From NCBI GenBank assembly GCA_020343675.1, contig CP070806.1, forward strand, positions 4,750,805-4,814,804: 64,000 nucleotides of DNA, in the 5' to 3' direction. The notes below the pieces were generated by a model. It was not told the origin of the DNA, ran no database searches, and saw nothing but the letters and a program-made list of their open reading frames with translations. The stretch is from Phycisphaerales bacterium (GTDB lineage: Bacteria > Planctomycetota > Phycisphaerae > Sedimentisphaerales > Anaerobacaceae). How positions within the stretch are numbered: position 1 is the first letter of the stretch; each line of letters starts with the position of its first letter. Shown here in pieces: positions 57,230 through 64,000 of this stretch. A program made the position numbers and the translations under genes.

Positions 57230-58375
57230 ATGGCAAAGAAGAAATTGAATGTGGCGCTGATCGGCTACGGGTTCATGGGCCGGACACACTCGAATGCCTA
57301 TTGCAAGGTGAACCATTTCTTTGACGTACCCTACGAGCCGGTTCTGCACGTCGTGTGCGGACTGGAGGAGAAGGTGGCCAAAGACTTCGCCGAGCAGTGG
57401 GGCTACAAGTCACACGCCACCGACTTCAGGAAAGTCATCGAGGACGACAAGGTAGACCTCGTGGACATTTGTGTCCCGAACAACGTTCACGCTGAAATTG
57501 CCATGGCCGCCGCCGAGGCCGGCAAGGCCATCATTTGTGAGAAGCCGCTGGCGCTGAACGGGTCGCAGGCCAAGACGATGGTTGATGCGGTCGAGAAGGC
57601 CGGCGTAGCCAACTTCGTCTCCTTCAACTACCGCCGGGTGCCCGCCGTGACGCTGGCCAAGATGCTCATCGACGAGGGGCGACTGGGACATATCTTCCAT
57701 TATCGCGCCAACTTCCTCCAGGACTGGACGATCTCGGCAAATGTTCCACAGGGTGGCATGGCGACGTGGCGGCTGGACGTCAAAGCAGCCGGCTCCGGCG
57801 TAACCGGCGACCTGCTGGCCCACTGCATCGACACCGCCATGTGGCAGAACGGCCAGATCACTTCGGTCTGCGCCATGACCGAGACCTTCGTCAAGGAACG
57901 CATGCACGTCGAGACCGGCAAGGTCGAGGCGGTCGGCATCGACGACGCATGCACGTTCCTGTGCCGGTTCGACAACGGGTCGCTGGGCAACTTCGAGTCC
58001 ACGCGCTACGCCCGCGGCCACAAGGCCCTCTACACGTTCGAGATCAACGGCGAGAAGGCTTCTATCGCCTGGGACCTGCACGATTTGCATCGGCTCAGCT
58101 ACTTCGACCACAGCGATGAATCGATTGTTCGCGGCTGGCGCTCCGTGCACGTCACCGACGGCGATATGCCCTACATGGGCAATTGGTGGGTGCCCGGGCT
58201 GCAGATCGGATACGAACACACGTTTGTGCACCAGGTGGCTGATTTCCTTCAGAACCTTGCCCAGAACAAGCCCACCTCGCCGACGTTCAGGGAAGCCCTG
58301 GCGACGCAGTACGTCTGTGACGCCGTATTGGCCTCGGCCAAAGACAGACAATGGAAGGCCGTCGAAAAAGCATAG
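57230..58375 (+). CDS. Gfo/Idh/MocA-family NAD(P)-dependent oxidoreductase, cytoplasmic
   Basis: 381-aa ORF with the N-terminal Rossmann motif [17 protein letters not shown] and the EKPLA motif (ICEKPLALN). Confidence 0.8.
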   Translation: MAKKKLNVALIGYGFMGRTHSNAYCKVNHFFDVPYEPVLHVVCGLEEKVAKDFAEQWGYKSHATDFRKVIEDDKVDLVDICVPNNVHAEIAMAAAEAGKAIICEKPLALNGSQAKTMVDAVEKAGVANFVSFNYRRVPAVTLAKMLIDEGRLGHIFHYRANFLQDWTISANVPQGGMATWRLDVKAAGSGVTGDLLAHCIDTAMWQNGQITSVCAMTETFVKERMHVETGKVEAVGIDDACTFLCRFDNGSLGNFESTRYARGHKALYTFEINGEKASIAWDLHDLHRLSYFDHSDESIVRGWRSVHVTDGDMPYMGNWWVPGLQIGYEHTFVHQVADFLQNLAQNKPTSPTFREALATQYVCDAVLASAKDRQWKAVEKA

Positions 58376-58479
58376 TGAGTTCTGGGCACTCGATGCTCGA
58401 TACTCGACGAGAATCGAGAATCCAGAATCGAAAACACAGTGACGCATCAATGCATATATGCAAAGGAAGGATTTGACTC

Positions 58480-59700
58480 ATGAGTGTTAGTTCAGTTGTC
58501 AGCAAGGCGCTTGAACAGGGCAAGGGGGTGCTCAGGCTGGCGCCCAACTGGGTTCCGCGTTCCTTTTGTGTTCCCGGCCGGCGGATCAAGCTGCACCCGG
58601 ACGATTACTATGCGATGGGGGGCGAGCGCGGTGGAATCGACGAGCGCTGGTTTGCCTCAACCACGCCGGCGGATAACGGACCTCTGACATCCGAGAACGA
58701 GGGACTCAGCTTCGTCGTTTTCGAGGATGGCGGCAAGGTCGAGAAGGTACGCTTGCTGGATGCCGTCGCCGAGCTCAAGAGCGAAATCATCGGTGAAAGA
58801 CTCTGGAAAGAGCATCAGCGCTGGCCGATGTACTCGAAGTTCTTCGACAACAAGGCTGCTTTGCCCCACCACATCCATCATCGTGACGAGCACGCCGCGC
58901 TGACCGGCCAACTGGGCAAGCCCGAGGCCTACTATTTCCCGCCTCAGGCAAACAACCACGGCGGCGATTTCCCGTACACTTTCTTTGGTCTCAGTCCCGG
59001 TGTCACCAGAGACCAGGTCCGCAAGGCCCTGCTGGACGCCGCAGAGGGCAGAGACAACTCAATCACGTCGCTGGCGCCTGCCTATCGGCTCAATGTCGGG
59101 ACCGGCTGGGACGTCCCGCCGGGCGTTCTCCATGCTCCGGGCAGTCTCTGCACATACGAACCACAGAAGGCCTCAGATGTGTTCGCGATGTATGAGAACA
59201 TTACCCACGACCAAGTCGTGCCGAAAGAATTATTGTGGAAGGACACGCCGAAGGACAAGGACGGCGACGTTGATTGGCTGCTGAGCGTCATCGACTGGGA
59301 CCTTAATGTCGATCCGAATTTCGCGATGAATCGCTTCATGGCTCCCAAGCCGGCAAGGCCGGTCCCTGAAATGGAGGCCGCCGGATATATCGAGAACTGG
59401 ATATGCTACAAGTCAAAAGCCTTCAGTGCCAAGGAGCTGACGGTTCTGCCCGGCAAGACGGTCACGATCAAGGACAATGCCTGCTACGGATTCATCACGA
59501 TGCAGGGGCACGGCACCCTCGGCGCCTGGGATATCGAGACGCCCGCGATCATCCGGTATGGCCAATTGACCTGCGACGAGTTCTTCGTAACGGAAAAGGC
59601 CGCAAAAGAGGGTGTGAAAATCACGAACCCCTCAAAGGCTGATCCCATCGTGCTGCTCAAACATTTCGGACCGGACAACCCGGATCTGACGGTTGAATGA
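58480..59700 (+). CDS. Cupin-fold, type I phosphomannose-isomerase-like protein
   Basis: 406-aa ORF whose pattern parallels PMI type I metal and active-site motifs: PHHIHHRDEHA ... GKPEAYYF ... VPPGVLHAPGSLCTYEPQKASD. The SD AAGGAAGG is upstream. Confidence 0.5.
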   Translation: MSVSSVVSKALEQGKGVLRLAPNWVPRSFCVPGRRIKLHPDDYYAMGGERGGIDERWFASTTPADNGPLTSENEGLSFVVFEDGGKVEKVRLLDAVAELKSEIIGERLWKEHQRWPMYSKFFDNKAALPHHIHHRDEHAALTGQLGKPEAYYFPPQANNHGGDFPYTFFGLSPGVTRDQVRKALLDAAEGRDNSITSLAPAYRLNVGTGWDVPPGVLHAPGSLCTYEPQKASDVFAMYENITHDQVVPKELLWKDTPKDKDGDVDWLLSVIDWDLNVDPNFAMNRFMAPKPARPVPEMEAAGYIENWICYKSKAFSAKELTVLPGKTVTIKDNACYGFITMQGHGTLGAWDIETPAIIRYGQLTCDEFFVTEKAAKEGVKITNPSKADPIVLLKHFGPDNPDLTVE

Positions 59701-59758
59701 ATGATGAACTCCATCCCGGCTTCGGCTGGGATGGAGCCTTCGCCTGCATGCAGGGTTC

Positions 59759-60685
59759 TCAGACGTCACACAGGCGGACCGCCTCGGTCAGACTCTTGAG
59801 CGGGTCCGCCGTCGGAATGAATTCCTGCCCGACGTAGCCGGCGTACCCGGTTCGGGCGACTTCCTGCATAATTGCCCTGTAGTTGATTTCCTGCGTGTTC
59901 CCGATTTCGCTGCGCCCGGGGCAGCCGGCGGTGTGGTAGTGGCCGATGTAGTCTTTGTACTGCCGGAGACGGCTGATGATGTCGCCGTCCATGATCTGCA
60001 CGTGGTAGATATCGAAGAGCAGTTTCATTCGCGGTGAGCCGACTTTCCTGATAATCTCCATGCAATAGTCCGTGTGGTCGCCCTGATAACCGGGGTGGCC
60101 CTTCATCTCCACATCGACCCGGCTGTTGAGTATTTCCAGACAGAGGTTGACCTTCTTTCTCTCGGCATGACCAATTATCTTCTTCAGGCCCGTGATGCAG
60201 TTCTTGGCCCCCACGTCGTCGGGGATGTCCTGGCGAAAACCGGTAAAGGCAATGACGCTGGGAAACCCGTATTCGGCGCAGGCGTCAATCATCTCGGCGG
60301 TTCTGGCGATGACCATATCGTGGTATTTCAGATTGTTGAAGCCCTTGACGAACGGCGGATCGGGCATGCCGTTGGGTGCCAGGGCGCAGACGAGGCCGTG
60401 CCTCTTGAGCGTGGCAAAATCATTGGGGCCGACCAGTTCGATGCTCTTACAGCCAAGGGCCTTTGCGACTTCGCACATCTTCTCCAGATTCCAGTATTCG
60501 GCGAAGCACCAATGGGCAATCGACTGATTGATGCGGCCGGCGGTCGCTGCCGACTTGCGATGTCCCTCGATTGATGTGCAGGAGCCAAGGCCGACGGCGG
60601 CACCCGTGCCGGCGACCATCTTAAGCATGTTCCGACGGGTGATGCTGCAACGCCTGTCAAGACTTGGCTGTTCTTTCTCGTTCAT
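59759..60685 (-). CDS. Hydroxypyruvate-isomerase-like TIM-barrel protein, TAT-exported
   Basis: The start at MNEKEQ (60685) gives the TAT signal SITRRNMLKMVAGTGAAVGLGSC. Hyi-family motifs LFDIYHVQIMDGD, IGHYHTAGCPGRSE and GYVGQEFIP are present. Confidence 0.7.
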   Translation of the reverse strand: MNEKEQPSLDRRCSITRRNMLKMVAGTGAAVGLGSCTSIEGHRKSAATAGRINQSIAHWCFAEYWNLEKMCEVAKALGCKSIELVGPNDFATLKRHGLVCALAPNGMPDPPFVKGFNNLKYHDMVIARTAEMIDACAEYGFPSVIAFTGFRQDIPDDVGAKNCITGLKKIIGHAERKKVNLCLEILNSRVDVEMKGHPGYQGDHTDYCMEIIRKVGSPRMKLLFDIYHVQIMDGDIISRLRQYKDYIGHYHTAGCPGRSEIGNTQEINYRAIMQEVARTGYAGYVGQEFIPTADPLKSLTEAVRLCDV

Positions 60686-60958
60686 CTTGCATCCCTTTCT
60701 ATTTGTGTATGGCCGCCTCCCGGCGGACATCCCGCCGAGGATTGTCCTTTGGCGAGCGGTCCGTTGCGCCGGCGACACAAACAGAACTATAGGTTCTTTG
60801 TGCGTAAGGTCAAGGGAATAACGGGCGTCCTCGAATAGGCCGGGAATCGATTCGTTTGGGCCCGAAATGGCGTTTGACATGCGGCAGTGAATCTGTTAAC
60901 CTACAGAGGCTACAGATGTGTACTTCGCAGGATGTCGTTAGAAGAAGTTAGTTGTAGA

Positions 60959-61852
60959 ATGAACAAGGGCCTGAATCGACGCACTTTCCTCAAAGCCGTA
61001 GGCTTCAGTGGAGCGGGGGTATTAGCGGCGCCTGTGTCTTCGGCACGGGTGCAGGGGGCTTCACGAGGACGAATATGGCGGATGCGGCTGTCCACCTCCT
61101 CCATTCATTTCATGGGATTACCCATCGAGCAGGCCTGTGAGCGCATCGCGCAGTTGGGCTTCGAGGCGATTGACATCTGGTCGGCCCATCAGGGTTGCCC
61201 TCACCTCGACGACGTGGCGGCACGATTGGGACCCGAAGGCCTGAAAGAATTGCTGGCAAAACACAAACTGGAGCTCTTCGCCTTTTCGGTCTATAAAGGC
61301 GGCTATGCCCGCTACGCGGAGCTGTTGGGCAAGGCCGGCGGCGGCGTGGCCGTTCAAGGCAGCGCTCCAGCCTGTAAGCCTGAAGAATTGACGGTTCGGA
61401 TGCGGAAGTTCATCGAGAAACTCAAACCTCTCGTGGAGCTGGCGGAGCGACACGACTCGTACCTGGCAATCGAAAATCATGGCAACGCGCTGCTTTGCTC
61501 GCTGGATTCGCTCAGGGCTTTTGTCGATGCCAACGCGTCACCCAGACTGGGCATTGCCCTGGCGCCGTATCACATCCAGACGCTCAAGGCTTCCGTGCCT
61601 GAAGCGATCCGAATCTGCGGAAGGCAGCTCAAGTTCTTTTATGCCTGGCAGCACTATCCAGCCTGCGAGCAACTGCCCGGCGTGGGCCCGACGGACATGA
61701 CGCCCTGGCTCCAGGCCCTGGCCGATATTCAATACGCCGGGTACGTCAATCCCTTCATGCACGGAGATCCCGAACTCGATGTCATCTCGGCCAACCTGGC
61801 CAAGGCACGCGATTATCTGAAGAACGGCTACAAGAAAGTAGTCCAAATGTGA
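60959..61852 (+). CDS. Xylose-isomerase-like TIM-barrel protein, TAT-exported
   Basis: The start at MNKGLNRRTFLKAVGFSGAGVLAAP gives a canonical RRxFLK twin-arginine signal. The remainder is sugar phosphate isomerase/epimerase-like (AIENHGN, ALAPYHI). Confidence 0.65.
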   Translation: MNKGLNRRTFLKAVGFSGAGVLAAPVSSARVQGASRGRIWRMRLSTSSIHFMGLPIEQACERIAQLGFEAIDIWSAHQGCPHLDDVAARLGPEGLKELLAKHKLELFAFSVYKGGYARYAELLGKAGGGVAVQGSAPACKPEELTVRMRKFIEKLKPLVELAERHDSYLAIENHGNALLCSLDSLRAFVDANASPRLGIALAPYHIQTLKASVPEAIRICGRQLKFFYAWQHYPACEQLPGVGPTDMTPWLQALADIQYAGYVNPFMHGDPELDVISANLAKARDYLKNGYKKVVQM

Positions 61853-61900
61853 AATGCAACCAGCAATGAGAATCGGAACCAGGAAATCAAGGAGAACGTT

Positions 61901-63010
61901 ATGGACCAGAAGCAGCAACAGGGCGGCAAGGCGAATGATCTGACCCGCCGGGAATTGATGCGCACAGGGGCGGCCGCGGCGGCGGGCCTGGCCGTCGGTG
62001 GTGTGCAGAAGGCGTATGCCGACGCCGACGTGACCAAGACCCGCAGCTACAACCCGGACATGAAGTACAGGCCGCTCGGAAAAACGGGCCTTTGGATATC
62101 GTCCGTCTGCCTGGGTGGACACTGGAAGCGCGTGGACAAAATGGTCCCCGGCGTCTTCAAGAGCAAAGGCTGGCTTAGCGCCGATCTGGACAGCGAGGGC
62201 TTCAGGAAAAACCGGCGCGACCTTGTCACGCGGTGTATCGAGCGAGGCATCAACTATATCGACGCCTGCACGATGCAGGAAGTCATGGCGTATTCCGAAG
62301 CCCTCCGGGGCAGACGCGACGCGATGTATCTCGGGTTCTCGTGGTACCAGGAGGAAATGCGCAGAGAGAAATACCGCACGACCGAGGCGCTGCTGGGAAC
62401 CCTCGATAAGGGTATGCGCGAGGCCAGGCTGGAGTATGTGGATCTTTGGCGTATCACGATGCACGAGCAGAGCGGCCGGCACACACAGGCAGAAGTCGAT
62501 GAGATGATGGGCGCGCTCGAAAAAGCCCGCAAACAGGGCAAGTGCCGCATGTGTGGTTTCTCTTCGCACGACCGTCCCCACATCAAGTGGATGATCGAAA
62601 CCTACCCCAAGGTGGTGCAGGTCGTCGTTACCCCCTATACCGCCAAAAGCAAAGTCCTGCCCAAAGACAGCCTCTTCGAGGCAATCACAAAGAACGAGAT
62701 TGGCTTTTTCGGCATCAAACCGTTTGCCGGCAACTCGCTGTTCAAGGGCGACAGCTCACCCGACAGTCCGACACGGGAAGAGGACGACAGGCTGGCCCGC
62801 ATGGCCATCCGCTATATCCTCTGCAACCCGGCCATCACGGCGCCCATCCCCGGGATGATTAACCCTCACCAGGTGGACAACGTGGTCAAGGCCGTTCAGG
62901 AGCCCGAGCTGGATGAAGCCGAGGCCAGGGAGCTTGGACAGGCGATGGACGAGGCATGGGCCAGGCTGCCTGATGACTACCAGTGGCTCAAGAACTGGGA
63001 GTACGTATAG
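61901..63010 (+). CDS. Aldo/keto reductase with a twin-arginine signal peptide
   Basis: 369-aa ORF. The TAT signal LTRRELMRTGAAAAAGLAV precedes the typical AKR N-terminus YRPLGKTGLWISSVCLGGH. Confidence 0.7.
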   Translation: MDQKQQQGGKANDLTRRELMRTGAAAAAGLAVGGVQKAYADADVTKTRSYNPDMKYRPLGKTGLWISSVCLGGHWKRVDKMVPGVFKSKGWLSADLDSEGFRKNRRDLVTRCIERGINYIDACTMQEVMAYSEALRGRRDAMYLGFSWYQEEMRREKYRTTEALLGTLDKGMREARLEYVDLWRITMHEQSGRHTQAEVDEMMGALEKARKQGKCRMCGFSSHDRPHIKWMIETYPKVVQVVVTPYTAKSKVLPKDSLFEAITKNEIGFFGIKPFAGNSLFKGDSSPDSPTREEDDRLARMAIRYILCNPAITAPIPGMINPHQVDNVVKAVQEPELDEAEARELGQAMDEAWARLPDDYQWLKNWEYV

Positions 63011-63067
63011 CAGCCGGAAGCTGTTGTGCCGCGCAATGATTGATGGTTGGAAGCAAGGGCCGAGCCA

Positions 63068-63658
63068 ATGAAGGTCACGAGGCAGTGTGTCGTGGCAAGG
63101 ATCGCATTCTTAGTGGGCAGCTTGTTGCTGGTTCTGGCAGCAGGCTGCTCGCTTGAGAAATGCACCGTGCACGACTCCGAACACAAACAGTTCCACGAAG
63201 CCCACGAAGCTGCCGTGGGCGAGCATCTGGCGGAAGAAGCGTCCGGGCACGAGGCCGAAAAAGAGGTTTGGGTCGCCAACGATTTCTGCATCGCCTGTCA
63301 CTACGGTTTCGACGAAGAAAAGCTTGCGGCCAGACACAAACAGGCCGGTATCGGCTGCGAGAGATGTCACGGTGAATCCGAGCGGCATCGCAGCGACGAA
63401 GACAACGTCACGCCGCCCGAGATCATGTACCCCAGGGACAAGATCAATCCGACCTGCATGATGTGTCATCCGAGGCACGAAATTCAACACGTCGCGCACC
63501 ACGAGAAGTTGCTCGCGGGCGCCAGGACCGCCCTGGATTCGACGTCGCAATCGCACGGTCATGGGTTGTACTGCACGAGCTGTCACGCGAAGGAACACCG
63601 CATCAACGTCCGGACCATACGGTGGAACAAGGCAACCGGCGAACTGCTGGATGAGTAA
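63068..63658 (+). CDS. Tetraheme c-type cytochrome, membrane-anchored or lipoprotein (NapC/NrfH-like size and layout)
   Basis: 196-aa ORF with an N-terminal hydrophobic segment ending in the lipobox-like LAAGC. It has four CxxCH motifs: CIACH, CERCH, CMMCH and CTSCH. Confidence 0.7.
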   Translation: MKVTRQCVVARIAFLVGSLLLVLAAGCSLEKCTVHDSEHKQFHEAHEAAVGEHLAEEASGHEAEKEVWVANDFCIACHYGFDEEKLAARHKQAGIGCERCHGESERHRSDEDNVTPPEIMYPRDKINPTCMMCHPRHEIQHVAHHEKLLAGARTALDSTSQSHGHGLYCTSCHAKEHRINVRTIRWNKATGELLDE

Positions 63659-63688
63659 GGGCGGCCGCATCGGACCGCCCTGATGACG

Positions 63689-64000
63689 CTACGCAACCGG
63701 GTCGGTCGTCTCCTTATATTTTTCCCGCAGTTGCTTGAGCTCGGCCCTGAGCTCTCTAACGATGTCGGCATAGGCCGGGTCGTTGTGCACGTTCTTCATT
63801 TCTTTTGGGTCTTTCTGAAGGTCGTACAACTCCCACTCGTCGATGTCGTGGTAGAAGTGTATGAGTTTGTAGCGCTTCGTGCGCACGCCGTAGTGTCGCT
63901 TGACGCTGTGTACTGCCGGGTACTCGTAGTAGTGGTAGTACATCGACGTCCGCCAGTTCCCGGGTGTTTTGCCCTGCAGCACCCTGCGCATGGATTCGCC
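63689..64000 (-). CDS. Sulfatase, C-terminal fragment (gene continues beyond the window)
   Basis: The C-terminal sequence ...YYHYYEYPAVHSVKRHYGVRTKRYKLIHFY...WELYDLQKDPKEMKNV is typical of sulfatase C-termini. The reading frame stays open to the window edge. Confidence 0.7.
   Translation of the reverse strand, partial: GESMRRVLQGKTPGNWRTSMYYHYYEYPAVHSVKRHYGVRTKRYKLIHFYHDIDEWELYDLQKDPKEMKNVHNDPAYADIVRELRAELKQLREKYKETTDPVA

Overview
This is a GC-rich, densely coding 64-kb chromosomal window with about 55 protein-coding genes. By eye I found no rRNA, tRNA, CRISPR array, transposase, integrase or prophage genes, and no canonical defence system.

The gene content suggests a Planctomycetota/PVC-type polysaccharide degrader, but that taxonomic guess is inference only. 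It rests on three sulfatases with CxPxR motifs, GH116 and GH172/DUF2961 enzymes, an HzsA-related propeller protein, and several TAT-exported TIM-barrel or oxidoreductase enzymes.

Layout, in order:
- hypE-hypA-hypB (+), then nadD (-)
- a 29-codon poly-lysine mini-ORF with its own terminator, then lysA
- two small membrane ORFs, then ggt
- a minus-strand secreted cluster: sulfatase, PIG-L deacetylase, heparinase-II/III::M14 fusion, HzsA-related protein
- a BaiN-like flavoprotein and an M48 peptidase
- coaX, an mnmE-like GTPase and mutS, then obg and rpmA
- a TpsA/FHA-like exoprotein of about 1120 aa, then a TPR protein
- an L-arabinose operon: SSS transporter, araB, araD, FucI-family isomerase
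- DUF547 and metK
- a trpEGDFBA operon preceded by a WWW leader peptide and terminator
- two Spy/CpxP-like periplasmic proteins
- a GH172-GH116-sulfatase operon, then a nitroreductase
- a sugar isomerase/oxidoreductase region ending in three TAT-exported enzymes and a tetraheme cytochrome c lipoprotein

Most of this is ordinary housekeeping or carbohydrate metabolism. The best candidates for something undescribed are:
1. the poly-Lys mini-ORF and terminator directly upstream of lysA (a Lys-sensing leader peptide or a polycationic micro-protein);
2. the TAT-exported TIM-barrel/aldo-keto-reductase module with a NapC/NrfH-like tetraheme cytochrome;
3. the heparinase::M14 fusion translationally coupled to an HzsA-related di-heme-motif propeller protein;
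4. the orphan TpsA-like exoprotein.

All family calls come from motif and architecture recognition by eye. No database search was run.
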